A stretch of 64,000 nucleotides of DNA from Sandaracinaceae bacterium (GTDB lineage Bacteria > Myxococcota_A > Polyangia > Polyangiales > JADJQN01): positions 1,879,086 through 1,943,085 of the forward strand of contig JADJQN010000001.1 of the NCBI GenBank assembly GCA_016712745.1. Reading direction: 5' to 3'. How positions within the stretch are numbered: the first letter of the stretch is position 1; each line of letters opens with the position of its first letter. Position numbers and translations under genes: made by a program. Positions 27,391 to 37,103 of the stretch are shown piece by piece. Below the pieces are notes generated by a model. The model searched no databases. It was not told where the DNA came from and was given only the letters and a program-made list of their open reading frames with translations.

Positions 27391-29043
27391 TTATTCGATA
27401 AGGGACGGGTCGTAGCCTTCGGGGGGGGCGTAGCCCATGAGCGACAGTACCGTGGAGGCGATGTTGGAGAGGCCTTGGGTTTTGATGGGCGCCCGCTTGA
27501 GCTCGGCGGCCTTGGTGTAGATGTGGAACGGAACTCTGTTGAGCGTGTGGCTCGTTTTTGCGCGGGCGTGGCCGCTTGCGTCGCGCACGATAAGGTGTGT
27601 TTTTCTGTCCGTCTCGAACATCTCGTCAGCATTACCGTGATCGGCGGTGACGATGAGTGCGCCGTTGAGTTTTTCGATCACAGGGATGATGCGCCCGATT
27701 TGAATGTCGACAGCTTCGACAGCGACGATGGAAGATTCGTAGTTGCCGGTGTGGCCAACCATATCGCCGTTGGGAAAGTTGATGCGTGCGTGTTTGTATT
27801 TGCCCGTAACTAAGTTCTGCAGCGTTGCGTCCGTGATCTCGGCGGCCTTCATCCACGGCCGCTCTTCGAACGGGAGCGTATCGCTTGGGATCTCAAGGTA
27901 AGTTTCATTGGCAGCGTCGAACATACCGCCGCGGTTACCGTTCCAGAAATAGGTCACGTGACCGTACTTCTGCGTTTCGCTGCAGGCGAACTGCGAGATG
28001 TTGTTGCGCGCTAAATACTCACCGAGCGTGCGGTCGATGGTGGGCGGGCTCACCAAGTAATGGTGCGGGATTTTCAGATCGCCGTCGTACTGCATCATGC
28101 CAGCGAACGCGACATTGGGACGCTGACCGCGATCAAAGTACGGAAACGAGTCGTCGTCGAATGCGCGGCTGATCTCAATCGCGCGGTCGCCGCGGAAGTT
28201 GAACAGGATTACGCCGGCTCCATCGCGAATCGGCCCAACGGGAAGTCCATCGTCACTCACGATCACAAAGGGCGGCAGATTCTGATCGTCGATGCCCTTT
28301 TGCTCATCGCGCAGTGTGGCGATTGCAGCCTGGGTCGAATGAAACGCCCTGCCCTGGCCGTGCACATGCGTGCGATAGCCGCGCTCGACCATGGACCAGT
28401 CGGCGTTGTAGCGGTCCATCGTGATCTTCATGCGCCCCCCGCCCGACGCCACGCGGTAGTCGCGATCGGAACGCAGATTGAGTGACGCAAGCTCGCGTTC
28501 GAGTGCATCGAGGTAGGTGAGCGCACTCGTCGCCGGTACATCGCGACCATCGAGCAAGATGTGCAGTCGAACCTTTTCAATGCCGTCGCGCGAGGCGCCA
28601 CGCAGCATCGCGAAGAGATGCTGAATGTTGCTGTGAACGTTGCCGTCCGAGAGCAGCCCGATGAAATGCAACGGCTGGCCATGATCGCGTGCGAAGGACG
28701 TTACGCGCTTCCATTCGCTTCCATTGAATAGCGCACCACTCGCGATGGATTCGTTGATGCGCATCGCCCCCTGATCAAATACGCGACCGGCGCCCATCGC
28801 GTTGTGGCCCACCTCGCTGTTGCCCATATCGTCATCGCTCGGCAAACCAACCGCGCGCCCGTGAGCTGCAAGCGTCGTGGTCAGCGCATTGTGTGCGAGA
28901 AAGTCCAGGTTCGGTGTGCGCGCTAACCACACAGCATCACCTTCGTCGTGGCTTCCGCAGCCGACGCCGTCCATCACGACGACGAGTACGGGACCTGAAA
29001 CGCCCGGCAAACGAGGATGTTTCGCTAAGCGCCAATCCGTCAT
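27391..29043 (-). CDS. gpmI: 2,3-bisphosphoglycerate-independent phosphoglycerate mutase
   Basis: MTDWRLAKHPRLPGVSGPVLVVVMDGVG..., DDDMGNSEVGHNAMGAGR, TADHGNADEM. 550 aa. The tracked 897-aa ORF is trimmed to ATG 29043. Confidence 0.9.
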   Translation of the reverse strand: MTDWRLAKHPRLPGVSGPVLVVVMDGVGCGSHDEGDAVWLARTPNLDFLAHNALTTTLAAHGRAVGLPSDDDMGNSEVGHNAMGAGRVFDQGAMRINESIASGALFNGSEWKRVTSFARDHGQPLHFIGLLSDGNVHSNIQHLFAMLRGASRDGIEKVRLHILLDGRDVPATSALTYLDALERELASLNLRSDRDYRVASGGGRMKITMDRYNADWSMVERGYRTHVHGQGRAFHSTQAAIATLRDEQKGIDDQNLPPFVIVSDDGLPVGPIRDGAGVILFNFRGDRAIEISRAFDDDSFPYFDRGQRPNVAFAGMMQYDGDLKIPHHYLVSPPTIDRTLGEYLARNNISQFACSETQKYGHVTYFWNGNRGGMFDAANETYLEIPSDTLPFEERPWMKAAEITDATLQNLVTGKYKHARINFPNGDMVGHTGNYESSIVAVEAVDIQIGRIIPVIEKLNGALIVTADHGNADEMFETDRKTHLIVRDASGHARAKTSHTLNRVPFHIYTKAAELKRAPIKTQGLSNIASTVLSLMGYAPPEGYDPSLIE

Positions 29044-29148
29044 ACGAGCACCACGATAACACGATCGCAGGGTGCAACCGCGCACCATTCTACGCAGCGA
29101 ACATGACACCCGCGTAACACGATCGTTGTAGCGATCCGCTATTGCCAC

Positions 29149-31110
29149 GTGCAAAATACACAGCCCATGACGCGCCCCAACCCGATCAAGCTTTCTGGCC
29201 GCATCCTCTATCTGACGGATGACACGGAGCTCCTGAAGGCGCAGCTCGCCGGCGAAAATCTCGCGTTCGATCCAGAACGAAAACTGATGGACAACATCAG
29301 CACGGACGAAATCACACCCGGCTGGGTTTGCTTCTACTACGACGAGACTCTCGGCCGCTATTCTTGCGTCGGCTTGCGCGGCGGCGTGATGCAGAAGGAC
29401 TCGATCAAGAACGGCGGCTTCGACGTGATCGTAAGCGGCATGTCCAAGGGATGCGGCTCTTCGCGCGAGACTGCGCCGTACAGCGAGCTCACCGCAGGCG
29501 CGAAATTGGTGATCGCCAAAAGCATTGAAAAGATTTACGGGCAGAACAGCCAGAATATCGGCCTGCTCACGAGCACGGACTTCGGCTTGATTCCGCGCAT
29601 CTTGGCTGGCGAAGAGATCGATATCAACGAGTTCACCAAGGGTCTCGATCCGATCAGCGCTGACATCGTGCGTGCCGGAGGTCTCTTCGAGTACAACAAG
29701 CTGCGTCTTGCGGGAAAGATGTCGCCGCCCGCGATCGAAACAGCGGTCAGGCCCATGACGATGGTGGAGAAGATCATTGCGTCGCATGCAGTCGTGGACG
29801 CGAAGACCGGCACGCTTGGGGTGGCAGCTGTGCAACCAGGCGACGCCCTCTTCATCCGCGCCGACGTGCGCTTTAGCCATGAGTACGTGACGCCCATGGC
29901 CGATGCGCTCTTCCGTCAGGGTTTTGGCAACGACGCGCAGGTGAGCGAGCCGAAAAGCGTCTTTACCTTCCGCGATCATCTTACTTTCCTCGCCGATGTG
30001 ATGCCCGAGGACAAAAAGAAGATGGGCCTTCTCGACAACGCCAACGGCCTTGCGACAACGCAAAAGGCCTTCAGCGAGCGCCATGGCCTCAAACTCTATG
30101 GCGAGAACGAAAAAGGCGGGTCAGAAGCGATTTGCCATAACGCCGTGACCGAAGACCTCGCGTTGCCGGGCGATGTCGTTGCGGGCACCGATTCGCACAC
30201 GTGCATGGCCGGTGCCCTTGGATGTTTCGCGTTCGGCGTTGGCAGCACGGATATGGCCAACGCGTGGTTCACGCGGGACGTGCGTGTGCGCGTCCCGGAG
30301 ACCGTGAAGTTCGAGCTCATTGGTACCTTGCAAAAGGGCGTCGCCGCCAAAGATGTGATGCTCTACATCTTGAGCCAGCCCTTCTTCCGCACGAGCAAGG
30401 GCATCGGCAAGGTTTTAGAGTTCGCCGGCAACGGAATCGGTGCGATGCCTCTCGACGAGCGTGCGACTCTCACCAACATGGCCGTGGAAGCGGGCGGCTT
30501 CACCGGGATCATTGAGCCCGACGAAGTGACTGTCGACTATCTGTCGATGATGCGCGGTCTCGACAAGGAGTCGTTGCGCAAACGCATCGTGCGTAGCGAC
30601 AAAGACGCAACCTACCTCGACGCGTTCACGATCGACCTGGCGAAGGTGCCGGTCATGATCGCCACGCCCGGGGACCCGCGCAACGGCATCGCGCTTAGCG
30701 ACTTCAAGGAAGACGTGCGTATTGATATTGCGTACGGCGGCTCGTGCACCGGCGGCAAGAAGGCCGACATGGACATGTACGCGTCCGTGCTCAAAGACGC
30801 CGTCGAACACGGCAAGAAGATTGCCGACGGCGTGCAGGCGTTCATTCAGTTCGGGTCCCAGCACATCCGTAGGTACGCCGAGCAGCAAGGCTACGTGGAA
30901 GTGTTCAATGCTGCGGGTGTTGAAATGATCAACCCGAGCTGCGGCGCGTGTATCAACGCGGGGCCTGGCGCGTCCGCCACCAAAGAGCAGGTCACGATAA
31001 GCGCGATCAACCGCAATTTCCCTGGTCGCAGCGGGCCGGGCAAGGTTTACCTCGCAAGTCCGTACACCGTCGCGGCGAGTGCCGTGGCTGGCCGAATCGT
31101 CGGTGCGTGA
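29149..31110 (+). CDS. Aconitase-family dehydratase with the swivel (LeuD-like) domain N-terminal to the catalytic (LeuC-like) domains
   Basis: N-terminal NISTDEITPGW and GMSKGCGSSRETAP are LeuD-type motifs. These are followed by GTDSHTCMAG, YGGSCTGGK and NPSCGACINAG, which are the LeuC/aconitase Fe-S ligand motifs. The start is GTG 29149 or ATG 29167. Confidence 0.75.
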   Translation: MQNTQPMTRPNPIKLSGRILYLTDDTELLKAQLAGENLAFDPERKLMDNISTDEITPGWVCFYYDETLGRYSCVGLRGGVMQKDSIKNGGFDVIVSGMSKGCGSSRETAPYSELTAGAKLVIAKSIEKIYGQNSQNIGLLTSTDFGLIPRILAGEEIDINEFTKGLDPISADIVRAGGLFEYNKLRLAGKMSPPAIETAVRPMTMVEKIIASHAVVDAKTGTLGVAAVQPGDALFIRADVRFSHEYVTPMADALFRQGFGNDAQVSEPKSVFTFRDHLTFLADVMPEDKKKMGLLDNANGLATTQKAFSERHGLKLYGENEKGGSEAICHNAVTEDLALPGDVVAGTDSHTCMAGALGCFAFGVGSTDMANAWFTRDVRVRVPETVKFELIGTLQKGVAAKDVMLYILSQPFFRTSKGIGKVLEFAGNGIGAMPLDERATLTNMAVEAGGFTGIIEPDEVTVDYLSMMRGLDKESLRKRIVRSDKDATYLDAFTIDLAKVPVMIATPGDPRNGIALSDFKEDVRIDIAYGGSCTGGKKADMDMYASVLKDAVEHGKKIADGVQAFIQFGSQHIRRYAEQQGYVEVFNAAGVEMINPSCGACINAGPGASATKEQVTISAINRNFPGRSGPGKVYLASPYTVAASAVAGRIVGA

Positions 31111-31175
31111 GCTACCGCACTGCGCAGATTTAGCGCATTGAAACGATCAGCGATTGATGATTGGCTCTAGTCACA

Positions 31176-31445
31176 ATGCCTCCCAAAAATCTCCGTGCCA
31201 CAGTCGAAATGGTCGAAAAAACAACGGTCGTGCTCCAGTGCGGCGGTAAAGATGTTTTCTTTCCCCGCTCGCTTCTGCCAACCGTAAGTGAAGGCGACGT
31301 CGTCACCATCACGCTCGCTATCGATCAATCGACGTCCGACCGCGACGGACGCGCCGCCGAGCTCGACGACATGACGAGCAAGCGCGTGAGCAGTCGCAAG
31401 CGTGGCAATCCCCGCAGCGCATCGGCGCGCGGCAAGAAGAAGTAA
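31176..31445 (+). CDS. DUF3006-like small protein
   Basis: MPPKNLRATVEMVEKTTVVLQCGGKDVFFPRSLLPTVSEGDVVTITL, followed by a basic tail. Its stop codon overlaps the biotin carboxylase start (TAATG at 31443-31447). Confidence 0.45.
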   Translation: MPPKNLRATVEMVEKTTVVLQCGGKDVFFPRSLLPTVSEGDVVTITLAIDQSTSDRDGRAAELDDMTSKRVSSRKRGNPRSASARGKKK

Positions 31446-32968
31446 TGGCGCAGAAGGTGACGAAGGTCCTCGTCGCAAATCGCGGCGAGATCGCAGTGCG
31501 CATCATGCGCACCTGTCGCGAGATGGGAATTCGCACCGTTGCCGTCTACAGCGAAGCCGATCGCGCAGCGCTTCATGTGCGCATGGCTGACGAGGCGTAT
31601 CCCATTGGGCCCGCGCCGAGCGCGCAAAGCTATTTGCTGCCAGAGCGCATTATCGATGCGTGCAAGAAGAGCGGCGCGGACGCGGTGCATCCGGGCTATG
31701 GATTCTTGAGTGAGAAGCCTGCTTTTGCGCAAGCCTGCAAAGACGCAGGCCTCAACTTTATCGGGCCTGATGCAAGCGCGATGATTGCGATGGGAAGTAA
31801 GCCCGCAGCGCGCGAGAAGATGATCGCAGCGGGTGTGCCCGTCGTTCCTGGCGTAAGCGCAGGAACTGCGGATGAGCTCGCAGCCGCAGCCGACGAAGTT
31901 GGCTATCCGGTCATGTTGAAGGCGGCGAACGGAGGCGGGGGCAAGGGGATGCGCCTCGTTGAGAGGCGCGAAGATTTGCGCGACTCGTACGAACGTGCGC
32001 GTAGCGAAGCGAAGAGCGCATTCAATGACGACACGGTCTACCTCGAGAAGGCTGTCGTGCGGCCACGCCACGTGGAGATTCAGGTACTCGCCGACCAGCA
32101 CGGCAATGCGGTCCACTTGTTCGAGCGCGATTGCTCGATTCAGCGCCGCCATCAAAAGGTCGTTGAAGAAACGCCGACGCCCGCTGCCACTGCGACTCCC
32201 GAGCTCATCGCAAAGATGGGCGAAGTGGCTGTGCGCGCCGCAAAAGCGGTGAACTACCACTCCGCAGGGACCGTCGAGTTCCTGCTCTCGCAAACGGGCG
32301 AGTTCTATTTCCTCGAGATGAACACGCGCTTGCAGGTCGAGCATCCCATCACTGAGCTCATCACTGGCGTCGATATCGTTTACGAAATGATTCGCGTGGC
32401 GCGCGGTGAAAAGCTCGGCTTCACGCAGAACGACATCAAGCGCAAGGGTCACGCGATTGAGTGCCGAATCTACGCGGAAGATCCGGCAACGGGCTTTTTG
32501 CCCAGCCCAGGGCGCATCGAATGTCTGCGCGTGCCGGCCGGTCCAGGCGTACGCGACGATTCAGGCACTTACGAGGGCGCTGAAGTCTCGAGCTACTACG
32601 ACCCGATCATCAGCAAGCTGTGTGTGTGGGCGCCGGATCGCGCGCGTGCTCTCGCAAAGATGAAGCGTGCTCTGACCGAGTACGTGGTTACCGGCATTCA
32701 CACGAACATTCCTTTTCATCTGCGCTTGCTCGAGCACCCGGAGTACGCGCGAGGCGAATTCGACACCGGCTTCATTGATCGCCACCGCGATGCGCTTCTC
32801 GCCCCAGCTATTGCACTCGACGCGGATGCGATGACGATTGGCGCGGCTCTCGCGCAGGCGTATCGCGACGACGATGCGGCACGTGCGGCTCACAGCACTT
32901 CAATAAGCGGCGGCGCGAATGGAACGATGTCCGCGTGGCGCCTCGGAACGCTCGCGCGTTTACGTTAG
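31445..32968 (+). CDS. accC: Biotin carboxylase (acetyl/acyl-CoA carboxylase subunit)
   Basis: KVLVANRGEIAVRIMRTCREMGI, NGGGGKGMRLV, EMNTRLQVEHPITE. There is no BCCP domain visible at the C-terminus. Confidence 0.85.
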   Translation: MAQKVTKVLVANRGEIAVRIMRTCREMGIRTVAVYSEADRAALHVRMADEAYPIGPAPSAQSYLLPERIIDACKKSGADAVHPGYGFLSEKPAFAQACKDAGLNFIGPDASAMIAMGSKPAAREKMIAAGVPVVPGVSAGTADELAAAADEVGYPVMLKAANGGGGKGMRLVERREDLRDSYERARSEAKSAFNDDTVYLEKAVVRPRHVEIQVLADQHGNAVHLFERDCSIQRRHQKVVEETPTPAATATPELIAKMGEVAVRAAKAVNYHSAGTVEFLLSQTGEFYFLEMNTRLQVEHPITELITGVDIVYEMIRVARGEKLGFTQNDIKRKGHAIECRIYAEDPATGFLPSPGRIECLRVPAGPGVRDDSGTYEGAEVSSYYDPIISKLCVWAPDRARALAKMKRALTEYVVTGIHTNIPFHLRLLEHPEYARGEFDTGFIDRHRDALLAPAIALDADAMTIGAALAQAYRDDDAARAAHSTSISGGANGTMSAWRLGTLARLR

Positions 32969-33057
32969 ACAATTTCGTTTTGCACGCCGGTTTTTTTGAC
33001 CCTGCGTGAAGCCACTGTTAGCCAAGAAGAGGCTCTTTCTTCTGCGGCGGAGGCTTC

Positions 33058-33537
33058 ATGCATCAGGCACCAAGATTCTGGACCGCGCTTTTGGCCATGG
33101 GCCTTGTTGTCCTGCAAACAAACGTCGGCGTAGCGCCCGCGTATGCAAGCCCAGCCCGCAGTCCTCGAGTCTCGGTCGGCGAGATCGGTTCTCCCAGTAA
33201 CCGAAGCGATGCAGCCCACGCACTGCGTGCTGCGCTCGTGCACGAAATCGCCGCTATGCGAAACGTCGAGCTATCGTCGAGCGGTAACTCGCGTTTTGTC
33301 GTGCGTGGCTCAGTCACGCGCCTTGATAACCATCGGGTCGAGGACGGCCTTGTCGTTCAATGCGAGGTTTCGCTCGTGGTCGCCGAATCACGCAACGGCT
33401 CGGTACGCATGATGCTACGGGGCCACGCGGACGCGCGGGGTGACAACGACCGCATCCGCCTCGAAGACGCCGCCCTCTCCGCCGCCGTCCGCGGCGCAGT
33501 ACGGCCCCTCGCCCAATCCCTCTCCCGCATCCACTAA
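33058..33537 (+). CDS. Hypothetical secreted protein
   Basis: Signal peptide ending in AYASPA. No recognisable motif. Confidence 0.4.
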   Translation: MHQAPRFWTALLAMGLVVLQTNVGVAPAYASPARSPRVSVGEIGSPSNRSDAAHALRAALVHEIAAMRNVELSSSGNSRFVVRGSVTRLDNHRVEDGLVVQCEVSLVVAESRNGSVRMMLRGHADARGDNDRIRLEDAALSAAVRGAVRPLAQSLSRIH

Positions 33538-33573
33538 CCCCGCGCCTCTACGCTTCGCGTGCGGCGCGGCGGG

Positions 33574-34071
33574 TTACGCGGTGAGGGTGCGGACGAGGTC
33601 GAGGAAGGCGCCGGTGGCTACGTAGTTGGTGAGGGCGTGGTCGTCGTCCACTTCGATGAGGCGGACGAGTGATGGTGTGCCGGTTTGCGCGAGGCTGCGG
33701 CTGCCTTCAATGGCGACGATGTCGTCTTGCACGGCGTGCACGAGAGTGACGCGGACGTTTTCGGGAAGGCGGATGTTGGGATTGTAGTGGTTGGCGGCTT
33801 GCGCGAGGAGCAACGTGTTGCCAGTCCACAATCCGCGTTCGAGTAGAGCAGCTACGACTGCTCCACCAAACGATGAGCCGATGAGGAGGTCGGGTTTGAA
33901 GGTCTTGAGTGTTTCCGCGTGCACGGCGACGCAACTCTCGAAGTCGCGTGTGTTCATCGCAGGCGTACAGGCGTCGAAGTGTTCGGCGAGAAGGCGCGCT
34001 TTGCTTCCTTGCGGGCTGCTCTCAAGGCCGTGCGCGAACTGAACGCGTTTGCGTGAGACCGGCGTGCTCAT
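33574..34071 (-). CDS. Small alpha/beta-hydrolase (YqiA-like esterase fold)
   Basis: FAHGLESSPQGSK..., LIGSSFGGAVV (GxSxG), DDIV...DDHAL. I trimmed to ATG 34071, which overlaps the upstream stop codon (ATGA). Confidence 0.5.
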   Translation of the reverse strand: MSTPVSRKRVQFAHGLESSPQGSKARLLAEHFDACTPAMNTRDFESCVAVHAETLKTFKPDLLIGSSFGGAVVAALLERGLWTGNTLLLAQAANHYNPNIRLPENVRVTLVHAVQDDIVAIEGSRSLAQTGTPSLVRLIEVDDDHALTNYVATGAFLDLVRTLTA

Positions 34072-35051
34072 CGCGTAGTGCGGAAGATCACGTAGGGCGA
34101 CTGAGCGCCGTTCGGGAACGACGCGCCAATGGCTGAAATCGCGTTCATCGCGTTGGTTTCGGGATCCGCGAGGACCGTGATCCCGCAGGAGCGCGAGCCA
34201 CAAATTGGCGCGAACATTCCGCTGAACGGCGAGGGTTGTGCGGTGACCGCTGAAACACGGAACGTGTAGTGCGCATCGGCAACTGGCTCTTCGAGGTCTT
34301 CTTCCTCGGGAGCTGCTGTTCCCGCCACGCCTTCGATCATCTCAACTCGCGCGGGCGCAGCGGCTGCGACTTCGGGTGCGCCAAACTGCGTGAACTCTAC
34401 TTTGATTCCGTCGCCACGCGTGCGGATCAAGATATTGGTATTGCCCCCGGTCGCGGGGTTGGCGGACGGTGACGAGCATTCCGCACGCTGATCGTGGCGG
34501 CAGGCGTCTGTCACACTTCCCCACGCACGAACAAACTCGTCCCATGGAATAACCGCCGCGCCCGGAATCGCCACAGGGTTCTCACCAGGCGGCATCAGCG
34601 TATACGAGCTAATGTCGAGCCAGCCCACCGATGTTGGCGAAGAGACAGGACGTACGGCGAACACTACAGTGTCGATACGCGCCGCGGTGATTGTTGCAAG
34701 GATCTGCTTCATCGTTACGAACGGTGTAAGCACGTGCAGCCGGAGCACGACCGAAAGGTGACGAGTGCCGGTCGTCAGCGCATCGCGCAACTTGCCGATC
34801 GTCTCGCCTTGAAGCTCGCTCGCAGCAGGTCGTCCCTGCGTAAGCGTGAGAATGGGCTGGTGCTCGTAGCGCATCTCGGTGGGGCTCACTTCGATGAGAC
34901 CAGCACCGGGCGGAGATTGCGGCGCGGAACGATGCGACATCGGCAGCTCGAGCACGCCCACGATCTCAGTCGTGGAAACGGGAGCGACGGGCGCCTCTTT
35001 CTCACAAGCGACGAGACCAAGGAAGAGTACGCACACGACGAGCTTTTTCAT
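34068..35051 (-). CDS. Hypothetical lipoprotein
   Basis: MKKLVVCVLFLGLVAC lipobox at ATG 35051. The rest of the tracked 647-aa ORF is antisense to the aminotransferase gene. Confidence 0.5.
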   Translation of the reverse strand: MKKLVVCVLFLGLVACEKEAPVAPVSTTEIVGVLELPMSHRSAPQSPPGAGLIEVSPTEMRYEHQPILTLTQGRPAASELQGETIGKLRDALTTGTRHLSVVLRLHVLTPFVTMKQILATITAARIDTVVFAVRPVSSPTSVGWLDISSYTLMPPGENPVAIPGAAVIPWDEFVRAWGSVTDACRHDQRAECSSPSANPATGGNTNILIRTRGDGIKVEFTQFGAPEVAAAAPARVEMIEGVAGTAAPEEEDLEEPVADAHYTFRVSAVTAQPSPFSGMFAPICGSRSCGITVLADPETNAMNAISAIGASFPNGAQSPYVIFRTTR

Positions 35052-35111
35052 GCGCTGAGCATAGCCGAGGGGAGGCTGGCAAGTCGCGCGATTTCGCGTT
35101 ACCAAGATTGC

Positions 35112-36287
35112 GTGCCGCGACCACCTCACGCAGCCCCTACGTCGAACGGCCTTTCGGACCGCATTTACAGCGATCTCGTGGCGCGCGCGAAAGCACGGGG
35201 TGGCCGTGTGTACCCACTGCATGTGGGCGACACGTACCTGGAGCCGCCGGCGATGGCGCGCGCGGAGGCGCAGCACGTATCGACGACGACGCGTCTGCAC
35301 AACTACGCGAGCGTGCAGGGCGAGCCGGTCTTGCTGCAGGCGATACGCGATCACTTGAAGCGAAAGTCGACGCTCGACATCGACGAAAAGTGCATTCAGG
35401 TGATGAGCGGTGGCACCAGCGGCTTGTCTGTCGTTTGCAATACTCTGTTGAGCGCCGGTGACGAAGTGCTTCTGCCAGCGCCGTTCTGGCCGCTCATTCG
35501 CGGCATCGTTGCATCCCGCGGAGCTACTGCGGTGGAGATCCCGTTTTTCACGCGTCTCGACGAGACGGATTTCGACGTGACCGCGGCGCTCGAGACCTCG
35601 ATCACCGAACGCACGGTCGCCCTCTACATCAACACGCCGAACAACCCAACCGGCCGCGTCCTTAGCCCGCACGTGATCGACGCGATGTTGAAAGTCGCTG
35701 TGAAGCACAACCTCTGGGTGCTGACTGACGAAGCGTACGAAGAGTTGCGGTTCACGGATGAGGCGCCCTCCCCGGTTTGGGCGAACCCAACCGTTCGCGA
35801 CCGCGTGATTGCGACACACACGCTCTCCAAAGGCTACGGTCTCGCTGGCGCGCGCGTCGGCTTCACGCATGGACCGGTAGAGATCATGGCGCAAATCCGC
35901 GCCGTACAAACCTTCAACGTCTATTGCGCGGCGCGACCCATGCAGCTCGGCGCAGCGCGTGCGCTGAACGACGGGCGCGGCTGGGTCGATCACGCACGCG
36001 CTCTCTATCACGAAGCTGGCAGACGCTCTGCCGATGCGCTCGGCCTACCGCACCCAGAGGGCGGAACGTTTCTCTTCTTCGATACGAAGCCCTATTTGCG
36101 CGAGGGCGAAACGAGCAGCGTGCCCTTCCTGCTGCGCTGTCTCGACGCAGGAGTGCTGCTCACCCCTGGATCGGCCAGCGGCAGAGACTACGAACGCTAC
36201 GCACGCCTCTGCTTTACCTGCGTGCCGCGCCATGAGCTCGACGAAGCGCTCGCCTGCCTGAAGGCGGCCTTGAACGCGCAGCTCTGA
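35112..36287 (+). CDS. PLP-dependent aminotransferase, class I/II
   Basis: NTPNNPTG and THTLSKGYGLAGARVG (PLP lysine). I trimmed the tracked 597-aa ORF to the in-frame GTG at 35112, just past the divergent lipoprotein gene. The exact start is uncertain. Confidence 0.75.
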   Translation: MPRPPHAAPTSNGLSDRIYSDLVARAKARGGRVYPLHVGDTYLEPPAMARAEAQHVSTTTRLHNYASVQGEPVLLQAIRDHLKRKSTLDIDEKCIQVMSGGTSGLSVVCNTLLSAGDEVLLPAPFWPLIRGIVASRGATAVEIPFFTRLDETDFDVTAALETSITERTVALYINTPNNPTGRVLSPHVIDAMLKVAVKHNLWVLTDEAYEELRFTDEAPSPVWANPTVRDRVIATHTLSKGYGLAGARVGFTHGPVEIMAQIRAVQTFNVYCAARPMQLGAARALNDGRGWVDHARALYHEAGRRSADALGLPHPEGGTFLFFDTKPYLREGETSSVPFLLRCLDAGVLLTPGSASGRDYERYARLCFTCVPRHELDEALACLKAALNAQL

Positions 36288-36339
36288 ACGCGCAGAAGTG
36301 GGTATCGTCACGCCCAAGTCGTCGGGCCTGACGCCACAC

Positions 36340-36690
36340 TCAGGTGCGGATCTTAGCCGCCCACAGTCGGCAATTGCCTGCCGGGCTGATCGGTCCTTTG
36401 ATCACCTGACAGCCACCGCAAACGTTGTCGCCGCTTGACCGGAAGAAGTTGCAGTTCGCGCAGTTCTTGCTGGCGTCGGTGCTTACGTCCACGTAGAGGT
36501 TGGCAGTGCGCGTCGCGACGTCGCCCTGCGAGAGGCCTGCGGTGTCGGTGCAGGTGGGGCCGCTCCCGCCGCATGCTTGCAAGAAGCTCGAGCCAAGTGA
36601 CGCGGCCGCGCCGAAGAACAGGGTCGTGCCGAGAAGTTCGCGTCGGCTCATCTTCTTGTCAGTCATGGTTGGCTCCTTCGCCTTGATCAT
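36340..36690 (-). CDS. High-potential iron-sulfur protein (HiPIP) with a Tat signal
   Basis: SRRELLGTTLFFGAAA is a twin-arginine signal. KNCANCNFF...CGGCQVIKGPISPAGNCRLWAAK matches the HiPIP four-Cys pattern. ATG 36690 overlaps the DoxX stop codon (alternative start 36666). Confidence 0.8.
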   Translation of the reverse strand: MIKAKEPTMTDKKMSRRELLGTTLFFGAAASLGSSFLQACGGSGPTCTDTAGLSQGDVATRTANLYVDVSTDASKNCANCNFFRSSGDNVCGGCQVIKGPISPAGNCRLWAAKIRT

Positions 36691-37103
36691 TTCTTCTTAG
36701 CCTGGATGAGCTGGTCCACCGCAAAGCGACCGCCGCCCATTAAGATCAAGGTCAAGTACGGCACGAGATAGAGTATCGCTAGCTCTTTCTTTGCCAGCGG
36801 ATCATGCGCGTGCACAAGAAAGGCTGCGACACCCATCGTGATAGCGCTCGGCACAGCAGCGAAGCGCGTGCCAAAGCCGATGAGCACGAGCACTGGCATG
36901 AAGAATTCACCCACCACCGCCAGCGACAGACTGAGTCCGCTACCGATGTGAAGGGGATCGGCGAACGTGTCGGCCTTATCACCAAAGTGCCAGAGCTTGT
37001 CAGCGCCGTGCCGCAAAATGAGCATCAAGGACGGGATCACCCGCAAAAGAAGTAGTCCGACATCCGCCAGCTGCTTTTTGTGTTCTTCGTTCATGTCTCT
37101 CAT
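36687..37103 (-). CDS. DoxX-family membrane protein
   Basis: LLLLRVIPSLMLILRHGADKL... with four TM segments, about 138 aa. ATGA overlap with the upstream gene. Confidence 0.7.
   Translation of the reverse strand: MRDMNEEHKKQLADVGLLLLRVIPSLMLILRHGADKLWHFGDKADTFADPLHIGSGLSLSLAVVGEFFMPVLVLIGFGTRFAAVPSAITMGVAAFLVHAHDPLAKKELAILYLVPYLTLILMGGGRFAVDQLIQAKKK

Noticed and set aside
29044-30084. The N-terminal 347 aa of the tracked 897-aa minus-strand ORF (27391..30084)
   Set aside because: This part is antisense to the well-supported aconitase-family gene and has no motifs. The GpmI homology begins at MTDWRLAKHP (ATG 29043), which gives a canonical 550-aa enzyme.
34494-36011. Mutually overlapping long ORFs 34068..36011 (-) and 34494..36287 (+) taken at face value
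   Set aside because: Only the 3' part of each has protein-like features: a lipobox at 35051 on the minus strand, and aminotransferase motifs after about 35112 on the plus strand. The 5' extensions are Arg/Ala-rich antisense read-through, typical of high-GC DNA.
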